From the IMG/VR virus record IMGVR_UViG_2721755660_000001: 64,000 bases of DNA. One strand, written 5' to 3'. The first letter of the stretch is position 1; each line of letters starts with the position of its first letter. The DNA is from a virus (lineage: Duplodnaviria; Heunggongvirae; Uroviricota; Caudoviricetes). The notes under the pieces were generated by a model that saw only the letters and a list, made by a program, of their open reading frames with translations, was not told the DNA's origin and ran no database searches. The translations under genes and the position numbers were made by a program. Below are positions 20,091 to 29,387 of this stretch, piece after piece.

Positions 20091-20364
20091 CTGCACAACA
20101 GGAAAGAGCATTTGCAGGGTTCGACTCCCTGCCGTGGGGTTGTGCCACATGATGCGAGTAATGAGTGCTCTCTCCGTTGTGGTGTAACTCAATTCCCGCT
20201 TGCGGGTTAAATGGGTAAAGTAATGCATCAACTGGCATAGCCAGCAGGGCAGGCATGATGCTAATGCTGAACCTGAGTATCGGTTCGAGTCCGATCGCCA
20301 CACACCAGAACCCACTACCTGGGATCCTTCGGCCAGAGAGCCGACATTGCCTTACCCTCATCTT

Positions 20365-20390
20365 CCCGGCCTGTCGCCGGGTTTTTTATT
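20365..20390 (+). terminator. Intrinsic terminator just upstream of the holin (tR'-like position)
   Basis: CCCGGC-CTGTC-GCCGGG hairpin followed by TTTTTTATT. Confidence 0.5.
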
Positions 20391-20486
20391 CAGGCCGCAG
20401 ACAATCAATTCCAGATGCCCCGTAGCTATCGTGTCTGACGGCCTTTTCTCAACTACCACACAGCACCCCGGACCCGGAGGTGTGGA

Positions 20487-20807
20487 ATGCAACGTATGAA
20501 CCCAACAAATGGACACGATCTGCCGTACTGGTGGTCGGCGGCCTTGGGCCTGTTCTCTTTGCTTAGCCTGCAGGATTACGTGTTTATTATCGGCGCGCTG
20601 GTATCGGCGTTCTTCACGATAAAAACCTATTACGCAAAACGGAAAGAAGAGCGTAAGCGTATGGCTGAGGAAAGGAAACGAACCCAGCTGCTGGAAAACT
20701 ACTTATCTGATGTAGGTAAAAAACCTCACTCCGATCGTCCGGCTGCCGCCGAGGTGGTTACGGAGGCAATGCGGAGAATTTCCGGTGGCACAGTTGAAAC
20801 TGAGTAA
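20487..20807 (+). CDS. Holin (dual-start motif M-Q-R-M)
   Basis: 106 aa, GGAGGTG RBS, TM segments then charged C-terminus, immediately upstream of the endolysin. Confidence 0.7.
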   Translation: MQRMNPTNGHDLPYWWSAALGLFSLLSLQDYVFIIGALVSAFFTIKTYYAKRKEERKRMAEERKRTQLLENYLSDVGKKPHSDRPAAAEVVTEAMRRISGGTVETE

Positions 20808-21315
20808 GAAAAGCGGCGCGGCGGGCATTGTCTGCTCCGTAGGAACGATCATCGCCATTGTGGTGAATGCGGGCCATGTCAGGACTAACGAGCGCGGGCT
20901 AGAGTTAATCGGTAACGCTGAGTCTTGCCTGCGTGATCCATATGTCTGCCCGGCAGGTGTGCTGACTGACGGTATGGGTAATACGCATGGCGTAAAACTA
21001 GGCACCGTTAAGTCTGACCAACAGATCGCAGCCGAGTGGGAGCGCAACATCCTTGATGCTGAGTCCTGTGTTAACCGCTACGGGAATGGCAGAAAGCTAT
21101 CTGACGATACTTTCTCTGCGGCTGTATCGGTAACGTTTCGTGCTGGCTGCGGAAACATGCGAACCTCCACGATGTTCTCTCTTCTCAGAAGTGGAGACAT
21201 CACGGCGGCATGCAACCAGTTCCCTCGCTGGGTATGGGGTGGAGGCAAGGTTCTTCCTGGTCTGGTCACTCGCGCCGGGAAAGAAAAGTCGCTCTGCCTG
21301 GATGGTGTGAAATGA
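20785..21315 (+). CDS. SAR-endolysin, T4-lysozyme (GH24) family
   Basis: Gly/Ala-rich signal-anchor ([17 protein letters not shown]) then lysozyme motifs; similarity to phage 21 R-type endolysin; probable non-ATG start. Confidence 0.8.
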   Translation: MAQLKLSKKSGAAGIVCSVGTIIAIVVNAGHVRTNERGLELIGNAESCLRDPYVCPAGVLTDGMGNTHGVKLGTVKSDQQIAAEWERNILDAESCVNRYGNGRKLSDDTFSAAVSVTFRAGCGNMRTSTMFSLLRSGDITAACNQFPRWVWGGGKVLPGLVTRAGKEKSLCLDGVK

Positions 21316-21689
21316 GCCGCCTTACCGCCATCATCGCCGTAGTGGTTGTCTGCCTGCTGGTTTCCGTGGCTTGGGCGATTAACCACTACCGCGACAACGC
21401 CATCACCTACAAAGACCAGCGCGATAAAGCGACGGTTCGGGCCGACACATCGGAAGCGATCACTAACAACGTGATCACCACGATAAACCTCATTCGTGAC
21501 ATCTCACAGGCTACACAGAATGCAAAGAACGAACTGGCTCGAAAGGGCGAGACGCGCATTGTCTACATCAGGCAGGCGCTTGAAGGTGATCCGTGCGCTA
21601 ACCAGCTTGTTCCTTCTGCCGCTGCTGACAGCCTGCGGGAATACGCAGACAGTTTACGTTCCGGCCCCGGTGGTGCCGATAAGCGCTGA
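21312..21689 (+). CDS. Rz-like i-spanin
   Basis: N-terminal TM ([20 protein letters not shown]) plus coiled-coil body, start overlaps the endolysin stop. Confidence 0.65.
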   Translation: MSRLTAIIAVVVVCLLVSVAWAINHYRDNAITYKDQRDKATVRADTSEAITNNVITTINLIRDISQATQNAKNELARKGETRIVYIRQALEGDPCANQLVPSAAADSLREYADSLRSGPGGADKR

Positions 21690-21867
21690 CCTGACCGCAG
21701 ACACGCCGATCCCGGGAATGGTGGTTCCGTTCACTTGGCAGGCAAGTCTGGAGTTAAACGCTCAGCTTTATACGGCGTTGGGGCAGTGCAATCTAGATAA
21801 GGCTGGTATAAGGAAAATCGAGAATTCAAGACTTGGTTCACGAATCAGAATTTTGAAAGCTAACTAA
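21580..21867 (+). CDS. Rz1-like o-spanin lipoprotein (overlapping Rz, other frame)
   Basis: Lipobox LLTAC-G in an alternate frame overlapping the Rz 3' end; candidate TTG/GTG start. Confidence 0.5.
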   Translation: MKVIRALTSLFLLPLLTACGNTQTVYVPAPVVPISADLTADTPIPGMVVPFTWQASLELNAQLYTALGQCNLDKAGIRKIENSRLGSRIRILKAN

Positions 21868-21905
21868 CTATAAGTATGATGTTTTCTCCAACATAAGGAG
21901 TGAAC

Positions 21906-22175
21906 ATGGAACGTAATAAACTGGTAAGCACTTTAAGATTCGTAAGCGCAAAAACAGCAAACTCATTTAAATATGAAATCTATATCGATTTGGATGGTAA
22001 TCCGCCTTTTGCGGTTCTTTACACGGAAGTGAAGATGGGTACCGATTTAGACCCAAGAAACTTAGGTGACCGCTATGTTTGGGTGAAGATTGATGGGTAT
22101 ATTCGCCTAAATGGCCCAGACATTGAGCAGTTAGAAAGTGAGTGCGAGACGCATATTAAACAGATGCTTGTTTAA
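21906..22175 (+). CDS. Hypothetical small protein (moron after the lysis cassette)
   Basis: 89-aa ORF, AAGGAG RBS 5 nt upstream, visibly AT-rich, followed by a terminator. Confidence 0.5.
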   Translation: MERNKLVSTLRFVSAKTANSFKYEIYIDLDGNPPFAVLYTEVKMGTDLDPRNLGDRYVWVKIDGYIRLNGPDIEQLESECETHIKQMLV

Positions 22176-22186
22176 AGCGTAGTAGA

Positions 22187-22211
22187 TGCCGCCTTCGGGC
22201 GGTTTTTTATT
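22187..22211 (+). terminator. Intrinsic terminator
   Basis: CCGCC-TTCG-GGCGG hairpin followed by TTTTTTATT. Confidence 0.55.
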
Positions 22212-22245
22212 GCTATCACCATGAGTAGGCTCATCGTAATGGCAA

Positions 22246-22294
22246 TATCCCTTTCAAGGGATAAACACCTGAATATCCCTTTAAGCGGATAAAG
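22246..22294. repeat. Palindromic repeats upstream of the packaging genes (candidate cos/pac or terminase-binding sites)
   Basis: Perfect 18-bp palindrome TATCCCTTTCAAGGGATA (22246..22263) and a related copy at 22273..22294. Confidence 0.35.
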
Positions 22295-22303
22295 AGGCTC
22301 TCA

Positions 22304-22522
22304 ATGTCCGATATCTACCAAATCACGCTAACCACCCAAACAGACGAAACCTTCACAGGCAAGATGTCACGACGTCAGCCTGAGTTGGTTAACGGTTTTG
22401 TGCCGCTGGCGAACGAGGATGGTGAGTGGCTGTACTTCATTCCAACTGATGTGAAGCGCATGAGGTTCACGCCAGTACCGGCAGAGCAGACCGAACAGCC
22501 AGCAGAACAAACAACGGAGTAA
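22304..22522 (+). CDS. Hypothetical small protein
   Basis: 72-aa ORF immediately upstream of the small terminase. Confidence 0.4.
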   Translation: MSDIYQITLTTQTDETFTGKMSRRQPELVNGFVPLANEDGEWLYFIPTDVKRMRFTPVPAEQTEQPAEQTTE

Positions 22523-22525
22523 CGA

Positions 22526-23128
22526 ATGAGCAAACCGGACTGGGAGGCCATCGAGACGGCGTACCGGGCCGGAGTGATGTCCCTCCGAGAAATAGCATCA
22601 CAACATGGGATCAGCGAAGGCGCTATCCGCAAGCGTGCCAAGCGTGACGACTGGTCGCGTGATCTCAATGCTAAGGTGAAAGAACGCGCTGACGATCTGG
22701 TACGCAAAGCTGAGGTACGCAAACAGGTACGCAGTGAAGTTACTTTTAACGAGCGCGTACTCATCGAGGCGACAGCTGAGGTAATTGCCAACGTCCGCAT
22801 GGAGCATCGCGGCGACATTAAGCGCGCCCGGCAGATAACCAACGCCCTGTTTGATGAGTTGGGCGCGGAGTGCGCAGACGTGGCCGCACTGGAGAGGCTC
22901 GGAGAGTTGATGTTTAACCCTGACGATAAGGGCCAGGACAAGCTCAATGAGATTTACCACAAGGTAATCAGCATGCCTGAGCGCGTTAAGTCCGTTAAGG
23001 CACTGAGTGACGCGCTGAAGAATCTAATCGGGCTTGAGCGGCAGGCATACGATATTGACGGGCCGGAAGGCGACAACTCTGTTAAGCAACTTTCTGACCT
23101 GATGGATTCACTGTCTCAGGGGGCGTAA
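22526..23128 (+). CDS. Terminase small subunit
   Basis: 200 aa, N-terminal HTH-like region (MSLREIASQHGISEGAIRKRAKRDDW), directly upstream of the large terminase. Confidence 0.7.
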   Translation: MSKPDWEAIETAYRAGVMSLREIASQHGISEGAIRKRAKRDDWSRDLNAKVKERADDLVRKAEVRKQVRSEVTFNERVLIEATAEVIANVRMEHRGDIKRARQITNALFDELGAECADVAALERLGELMFNPDDKGQDKLNEIYHKVISMPERVKSVKALSDALKNLIGLERQAYDIDGPEGDNSVKQLSDLMDSLSQGA

Positions 23129-24600
23129 TGAAACCTGAGCACCTCAAGCTGCTGTCCGATAAAGGCTGGCGGCTGAATAATCTTTACTGGATCACCGACA
23201 AAGAGGGAAAGCCTACGCGGTTCAGGATGACGCCTGAGCAGCGGGAATACTTCGAGGGGATCCACACCCGCAACATCATCCTAAAAGCACGTCAGCTCGG
23301 TTTCACGACTGAAGTCTGCATCATCCAGCTCGACGCAGCCCTGTTCGAGTCGGCGAAGTGCGCCCTGATTGCCCACACGCTGAATGACGCAAAGCGCCTG
23401 TTCCGCGAAAAGGTGAAGTACGCATACGACAAGCTGCCGACTGAGATAAAGGCGGCCAACCCGGCGAGTAATGACTCTTCTGGTGAGCTCGTCTTTAAGA
23501 AGGGCGGATCACTCTACGTAAGCACGTCATTTCGTGGCGGTACGCTGCGTTACCTGCACGTTTCCGAGTTCGGCAAAATATGCGCCAAGTATCCGGACAA
23601 AGCCCGTGAAATCGTCACTGGTGCGTTTGAGGCGGTATCGACTGGATGCTTCGCTACTATCGAGAGCACGGCAGAGGGCCGGGCGGGTTACTTCTTCGAT
23701 TACTGCCAGACGGCAGAGAAAGCGCTGCTGCAGGGTAAAACGCTATCCGCGCTGGACTGGAAGTTTTTCTTCTTCTCCTGGTGGAAGAACCCGCAGTACG
23801 CAATCGACCCGGTCGAACCTCTTCCTGTGCGCCTGCTGGAATACTTCGCTGAGATGGAAGCGAAGCACGGCGTAGTCGTCAACGAACGCCAGAAAGCTTG
23901 GTACTACGCCAAAGAGAAAACGCTCGGCGACGACATGAAGCGCGAATACCCGACCATTCCGGCCGAGGCGTTCCAGCAGTCGGTCGAGGGTGCGTACTAC
24001 GCCAAGCAGTTCCGTTGGCTCTACACCAACAAGCGGATCGGCCAAATCCCGGATAACTCGCACCTCCCGGTGCACACGTTCTGGGATATCGGTGTGGGTG
24101 ACTCCACGGCTATCTGGTTCGTTCGCGAGGTTGGCGAAGAATTCCATGTTATCGACTACTACGAAAACTCCGGCGAGGGGCTCAGGCACTACATGAAGGT
24201 GCTGAAAGACCGCGGCTATGAGTACGGCGAGCATTGGGGCCCGCACGACATTGAGAACCGTGAATTCGGCGCTGATGCCAAATCGCGCAAAGAGCTCGCG
24301 CAGGAAGGCTATGAAATCGACGGCCAGGTGTACTCGATGACCTTCAATGTTGTTCCGAAAACGGGTGTCGATACCGGCATTGAGTCGGTGCGTGAAATTC
24401 TCCCGTCCTGCGTCTTCGATGAGGAGAAATGTGCCGAGGGCATATCTCACCTCGAAGGCTACCGCAAGGAGTGGGACGACAAGCGCGGATGCTGGAAAGA
24501 CAAACCGCTTCATGACTTCACATCACACGGTGCTGACGGCTTCCGTTACTTTGCAGTAGCGAAGAACAACCACAAGCAGGTCGGCGCAGTATTCTTCTAA
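23128..24600 (+). CDS. Terminase large subunit
   Basis: 490 aa, ATGA-coupled to the small subunit, followed by portal; ATPase/nuclease-type architecture. Confidence 0.82.
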   Translation: MKPEHLKLLSDKGWRLNNLYWITDKEGKPTRFRMTPEQREYFEGIHTRNIILKARQLGFTTEVCIIQLDAALFESAKCALIAHTLNDAKRLFREKVKYAYDKLPTEIKAANPASNDSSGELVFKKGGSLYVSTSFRGGTLRYLHVSEFGKICAKYPDKAREIVTGAFEAVSTGCFATIESTAEGRAGYFFDYCQTAEKALLQGKTLSALDWKFFFFSWWKNPQYAIDPVEPLPVRLLEYFAEMEAKHGVVVNERQKAWYYAKEKTLGDDMKREYPTIPAEAFQQSVEGAYYAKQFRWLYTNKRIGQIPDNSHLPVHTFWDIGVGDSTAIWFVREVGEEFHVIDYYENSGEGLRHYMKVLKDRGYEYGEHWGPHDIENREFGADAKSRKELAQEGYEIDGQVYSMTFNVVPKTGVDTGIESVREILPSCVFDEEKCAEGISHLEGYRKEWDDKRGCWKDKPLHDFTSHGADGFRYFAVAKNNHKQVGAVFF

Positions 24601-24611
24601 GGAGCTCATCA

Positions 24612-26072
24612 GTGAGTGAACAACAAGGCGAGGTTTCATTCCTCGTTAATGCCCTTGCTGATGCTATCGGGCGGCAGCGCATGCTGTACGCAGGCCAGCC
24701 GGGAAACACCAAACGCACGAAGTTGTGGGATGAGTTCGGCTATCCAAACAGTCTCGAGTTCGACCGCTACTACCGGGCATACGAGCGCAACGCGGTGGCG
24801 TTTGCCGCAGTCCATAAGCTTCTTGATTCGTGCTGGGTTGATAACCCGACGATCATCGACGGCGACGACGGTAAGGAGTCAACCGAGACAACGGACTGGG
24901 AAAAGTCAGCCACTAAGCTGCTGAAGAAGCACTGGCCGAAAATTAAGGACGCGGATCGCCGCAATCTCGTTGGCCGATACTCAGCATTGCTCATTCAGTT
25001 CCGGGACGGGAGGGAATGGCACGAGCCAGTCGACCGCGCGAAGGTTAAATCCCTACGGAATATCGGTAACGGACCCATTGTTAAGCTGATCCCCGCGTGG
25101 GAATCGCAGATAAAGCCGGGTAATTTCGATACCGACACGCTTTCAGAAACCTACGGCCAGCCAGTTTCGTACAACTTCAACGAGCAGCCCGTTGGTGATG
25201 ATGGCACGTACGGCCCGGTGCGCGGCGTTACCGTACACCCCGAGCGAATCATCATCCTCTGCGAAGGCTCAGAAGACGAGAACATGCTCTCTGGCGTGCC
25301 ATTCCTGCGCGCTGGTTACAACAAACTTCTCGACCTTGAAAAGGTATCGGGTGGTAGTGCTGAAGGGTTCCTGAAGAATGCCAGTCGCCAGCTCGGGATT
25401 GCGTTCGACAAAGAAACCAACATTGCGAACCTGACAAAGGCGGCCACAGACGCAGGCTACAAAGACCTGGGTGAAGCGCTTAACGACAAAGTCGCCAAGA
25501 TGAACCGTGGCACAGATGCTGTCCTGGTAATGCAGGCCGGCACGCCGTCGGTGCTTTCCGTAGCAGCCGCCGATCCATCCCCAACATGGACGGTGGCCGC
25601 CAACGAGTTTGCATCCTCGATTCAGTGCCCGTTCACCATACTGTTTGGTCAACAGACGGGGCGCCTTGCCTCCGATGAGGACAAAACAGACTGGGCTAAG
25701 CGCTGTAACGGCCGCCGCTGGGGATTCCAGTCGACGATTGTAGAGAGCGTGCTGGAGCGCTTCTGGACCGTAGGCGTCATTGACCCGCCATCATCCGGAG
25801 AGGTCACGCTGGCATGGTCTGATCTGCTCGCGCCGAGCGAAAAAGAGAAAATTGCCAACATGCAGGCAATGGCTGTTGTGGCGAAGGATACTCAGCAGGC
25901 ATACGGCACACCGGCGGTGGATGAAAACGAAATCCGCGCGGTCGGCGAGCTGGAGCCTCGCAAGGTCGTTCAGCCACCTAACCCTGATGTAAAGCAAACC
26001 GATAAGGATCCGCTGACAGATGATGATGACAGCGCAAACCAGAATCGGGACGCCAATCGTACCGCGCAATAA
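24612..26072 (+). CDS. Portal protein
   Basis: 486 aa directly after the large terminase; GTG start with AAGGAG RBS; acidic C-terminus. Confidence 0.7.
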   Translation: MSEQQGEVSFLVNALADAIGRQRMLYAGQPGNTKRTKLWDEFGYPNSLEFDRYYRAYERNAVAFAAVHKLLDSCWVDNPTIIDGDDGKESTETTDWEKSATKLLKKHWPKIKDADRRNLVGRYSALLIQFRDGREWHEPVDRAKVKSLRNIGNGPIVKLIPAWESQIKPGNFDTDTLSETYGQPVSYNFNEQPVGDDGTYGPVRGVTVHPERIIILCEGSEDENMLSGVPFLRAGYNKLLDLEKVSGGSAEGFLKNASRQLGIAFDKETNIANLTKAATDAGYKDLGEALNDKVAKMNRGTDAVLVMQAGTPSVLSVAAADPSPTWTVAANEFASSIQCPFTILFGQQTGRLASDEDKTDWAKRCNGRRWGFQSTIVESVLERFWTVGVIDPPSSGEVTLAWSDLLAPSEKEKIANMQAMAVVAKDTQQAYGTPAVDENEIRAVGELEPRKVVQPPNPDVKQTDKDPLTDDDDSANQNRDANRTAQ

Positions 26073-27003
26073 AGCTGACCCTACGCAGTCCTCGCGGCAG
26101 GTCAGCAGGATTTTCAACGATATCGAAGATAGGTATCTGAACATCAAGCGCAGGCTTAGGGCTCTGCTTGATCTGCGGCTGACCGGGCAGCAGCGTGAGG
26201 AGAACGCACAGCAGTCCTGGATGATGTGCAACAACGAGGGCGCAGAGCCTTTGCTGTATCAGGTCAATGCCGGTAAGTTCATCTATGACATGACCGCCGC
26301 TGAGTTGGCCGACCTGTTACAGGTTGTGCAATCTATTCTGGATGACGAGCTTCTCGATGGTGGTAGTCAGAACCTCTGGGCGATGGATTACGTCATTGCG
26401 GAGTATGATCGCGGCACGCTAAACGCCTTCACCAACCTTTCGGTGCAGTCGCAGGTGTACGCCAGCCAGACGACGCTACAGCAACTTTTAAGCAGCCCGG
26501 GCTATCTGAACCAGATAGCGTCAGCCAGGCTGACAACGTTTAGCTACTGGAAGGTTATCAGCGATACCGCCCGCGCCGATCTGACCAACATCATCACTGA
26601 CGCAGTAGCGCGCGGGGTTAATCCTCGCGAAACAGCCAGCGTTATCAGTAAGCGCCTCGATGTGTCGATGTCGAAGGCGAAGAACATCGCTCAGACCGAG
26701 CAGGTCGGCGCGCTGCGGCAGGCTCAGTGGAATGAATCGGACTGGGCTGCTGACCGGCTGGGGCTGAATACCGGCCTGTTATGGCTTTCTGCGCTCAAGC
26801 TAACAACGCGAACCTGGCACGCCAGCCGCCACGGCAAGGTCTACACCACTGAAGAGGTGCGGGACTTCTACGCCGAGAACGGCAACCGGTACAACTGCTA
26901 TTGCAGTCAGATCCCTGTGCTACTTAATGACGATGGCAGTATCTTCAATGAAGGGTTGGCAGATAAGCTGAAGAAAGAACGCCAGAAGTGGTCCGCTCGG
27001 TAG
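26020..27003 (+). CDS. Head morphogenesis protein (Mu F / SPP1 gp7-like)
   Basis: 327 aa following portal, overlapping its 3' end; assignment by position and size. Confidence 0.6.
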   Translation: MMMTAQTRIGTPIVPRNKADPTQSSRQVSRIFNDIEDRYLNIKRRLRALLDLRLTGQQREENAQQSWMMCNNEGAEPLLYQVNAGKFIYDMTAAELADLLQVVQSILDDELLDGGSQNLWAMDYVIAEYDRGTLNAFTNLSVQSQVYASQTTLQQLLSSPGYLNQIASARLTTFSYWKVISDTARADLTNIITDAVARGVNPRETASVISKRLDVSMSKAKNIAQTEQVGALRQAQWNESDWAADRLGLNTGLLWLSALKLTTRTWHASRHGKVYTTEEVRDFYAENGNRYNCYCSQIPVLLNDDGSIFNEGLADKLKKERQKWSAR

Positions 27004-27060
27004 ACATTTACGTATTAAATATATATAAAACAGCATTAAAATTTTTACGGATGGAAAATA

Positions 27061-27501
27061 ATGCGGAAGATTTTGTCTTGGATCGGAGGGCTCATCGCAA
27101 TAACGTCGGGAGTGGTTACGCTTGTTGCTTTCTTTCTTCCACAGTACGTACCCGAGCAAACCAGATTAGCCATTGGGCGCTTTCTTGAGTTTATGAAGGT
27201 AAACCCATATGGCACTCTTATTACGATTGTGTGCTTAGTACTTTTAGCTGTAGTTTGGATGTTAAGCAGTAAAGTGATTGAGCTTACTAAAGGAACCAAG
27301 CTATTCGCCATGTGCGGATTGTACTGGAGCAAAGACAATCAGCCTTTTTGCCCAAAGTGTAAAGAACCAGCTTCAGTGCATGACGATGATGAGTCTTATC
27401 GCTGTAATTCATGCGGAAGAATTATTTTTCCCAGTTTCGAGTCTAAACAAATATCCATCACGAAAGCTCTGCAAATAGTAAATTCAAAAAGAGGTCGCTA
27501 A
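27061..27501 (+). CDS. Hypothetical membrane protein with C-terminal zinc ribbon (moron in head module)
   Basis: 146 aa, two predicted TM helices then CPKC...CNSCG; visibly AT-rich; own terminator. Confidence 0.55.
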   Translation: MRKILSWIGGLIAITSGVVTLVAFFLPQYVPEQTRLAIGRFLEFMKVNPYGTLITIVCLVLLAVVWMLSSKVIELTKGTKLFAMCGLYWSKDNQPFCPKCKEPASVHDDDESYRCNSCGRIIFPSFESKQISITKALQIVNSKRGR

Positions 27502-27518
27502 GGCGGCCTTTTTTTTTG
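27492..27518 (+). terminator. Intrinsic terminator (AGGTCGC-TAAG-GCGGCCT + T9)
   Basis: Hairpin contains the stop codon of the moron; near-identical to the terminator at 20064..20090. Confidence 0.55.
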
Positions 27519-27545
27519 CCAAAAACTCATCAATGAGGACCCAGC

Positions 27546-28940
27546 ATGAAACGCAACCGCGTTAACGTGCTGACCGTCGTCAACTCCGCTTCAAACATCA
27601 CCACCGAAACCATCGACGGCAAGCCACATATCGTGGTTCGCGGCATCACGCCTGTCGTGGACGATATCGTGATGAACCGGAAGTTGTACCCGGCAGCAGA
27701 AATCGAAAAGGCCTACAACACGCTTGAGCGTAACCCGATGCCGCTGGGCCATCCGAAAGTGGACGGCAAGCATGTTTCGGCGCGCGATGTCCGGGCGGTG
27801 AATGAATACCACGTCGGCGCCTGGCTTCAGAACGTCAGCCACAAAGACGGGAAGGTGACGGGCGACATGTACGTTAACCGCCAGTACGCCGAGTCGAGCG
27901 ACAAGGGCAAACTCCTCATCAACCGCCTGGATGAGATGCTGGCCGGTACCAACTCCGACCCTATCCACATTTCCACCGGCCTGCTGTATTCCGGCATTGC
28001 CGCCAACGGCGAATCGAAGGGCAAGAAGTACAACGAGATCGCCACGAACATGATGTTTGACCATGTGGCGGTGCTGCTTGATGAGCCTGGTGCAGGTACG
28101 CCGGAGGAGGGCGTTGGCATCTTTGTTAACTCAGAAGGTGATGAGCAACAGATTGAAGTTGCCCGCCTTACTGATGGTATCGACTGTACCCGCGATGGCC
28201 TGCTCAACAAAACCAAATTCTTCTTCACCAATGCCTCCAACTTCTCTTTCGACGACATCTCCCGCGCTATCAGCGACAAGCTGCGCGAGGGGGACGCCGA
28301 AGATAAGTGGCTTTGGCCTGAAACGGTGTGGCCGGACAGCTTCATCTACCGCAATGACACCAAATACCTGAAACAGAAGTACCTCATCGATGATGACGGC
28401 AAGGCCGTGCTCGTCGGCGAACCTGTAGAAGTCGTGCGCAAACCCACTGAGTACGAGATTAAAACCAACGGAGAGAACGATCCGATGAAAGAACTGATTA
28501 TCAATGCGCTGCAAGCCGCTGGTAAGCCGACTGAAGGCAAGTCCGACGCCGAGCTGATGGACGCATACAACCAGATGGCCGCCGAAAAGGCAGCGAAAAC
28601 AGAAACGCCTGAAGAAAAGGCCGCCCGCGAGAAGAAAGAAGCGGACGACAAGAAGTCGAAAGAGCAGGCCAACAACAACGAAGAAATGCCCGGTTGGGCT
28701 AAGTTGCTGAGTGAGCAAGTTACCGCCATTAACAGCCAGCTCAATGCCAACTCTGACAAAGAGAAAGGCGAAAAGCGTGCTGCAGTCAAAGCCAAGTTTC
28801 TGCTCGACGACATCGCTGTTAACGCACTCGATGGCGCTGCACTCGATGGTCTTTATGCGCAGTGCCAGACCTCTGTCGGCCTGAATGGTGCATTCCGCCA
28901 GGTCAATTCCTCTCAATCAGTCAGCGAAATGCCGGAGTAA
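27546..28940 (+). CDS. Putative prohead protease/scaffold protein
   Basis: 464 aa between head morphogenesis and capsid genes; C-terminal charged coiled-coil region typical of scaffolds. Confidence 0.5.
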   Translation: MKRNRVNVLTVVNSASNITTETIDGKPHIVVRGITPVVDDIVMNRKLYPAAEIEKAYNTLERNPMPLGHPKVDGKHVSARDVRAVNEYHVGAWLQNVSHKDGKVTGDMYVNRQYAESSDKGKLLINRLDEMLAGTNSDPIHISTGLLYSGIAANGESKGKKYNEIATNMMFDHVAVLLDEPGAGTPEEGVGIFVNSEGDEQQIEVARLTDGIDCTRDGLLNKTKFFFTNASNFSFDDISRAISDKLREGDAEDKWLWPETVWPDSFIYRNDTKYLKQKYLIDDDGKAVLVGEPVEVVRKPTEYEIKTNGENDPMKELIINALQAAGKPTEGKSDAELMDAYNQMAAEKAAKTETPEEKAAREKKEADDKKSKEQANNNEEMPGWAKLLSEQVTAINSQLNANSDKEKGEKRAAVKAKFLLDDIAVNALDGAALDGLYAQCQTSVGLNGAFRQVNSSQSVSEMPE

Positions 28941-28943
28941 AAA

Positions 28944-29378
28944 ATGGCTAAAGATGGAAAGCATATCATTCACGCTGGTGGCGTGTTCCCTAATCCGCTG
29001 CTTAACCGTGAAGGCGCAGCTGCGGCATCCACTCCACCAGGCACAATTGGCTTCTTCAGCTCGGCGGATAAGTTTACCGCTTCGGTAGCAGGTAATGAGG
29101 CTGCAATCCTTTATGTTGCAAACAAAGATTACCTGCGCTGCTTGTCAGTTGATGACGCTATCCCTGCGGGTGAGTTGGTGGTGGGTATTCAACCGCTGCC
29201 TGGCATGTTCTTAAACGTACGTGCGGCCGCTGGCACCTACACCAAGGGGCAAGCCCTATCTATTGCAAACGGCCGAGTCAAAGTGGCTGCTGGCGACGAG
29301 TCAGTGCGCTGCTACGTCGAGGAAGACAAATCATACACAACGGCAGCAGGCGATCTGCTTCGTGTCGTAATCAAGTAA
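28944..29378 (+). CDS. Hypothetical head protein (decoration/structural candidate)
   Basis: 144 aa with GGAG RBS immediately upstream of the major capsid gene. Confidence 0.45.
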   Translation: MAKDGKHIIHAGGVFPNPLLNREGAAAASTPPGTIGFFSSADKFTASVAGNEAAILYVANKDYLRCLSVDDAIPAGELVVGIQPLPGMFLNVRAAAGTYTKGQALSIANGRVKVAAGDESVRCYVEEDKSYTTAAGDLLRVVIK

Positions 29379-29387
29379 GGGGCAGAT

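Noticed and set aside
20100..20310. Possible tRNA genes between Q and the holin (two GGTTCGA-type T-arm motifs).
   Set aside because: Could not build a complete cloverleaf with acceptor stem and CCA by hand; treated as tRNA-like remnants only.
27591..28916. Long antisense ORFs inside structural genes (for example 27591..28064, 27827..28345, 28131..28916; also 23743..24513 and 35323..35757 elsewhere).
   Set aside because: They completely overlap well-supported structural genes on the other strand and lack RBSs; typical GC-rich antisense artefacts.
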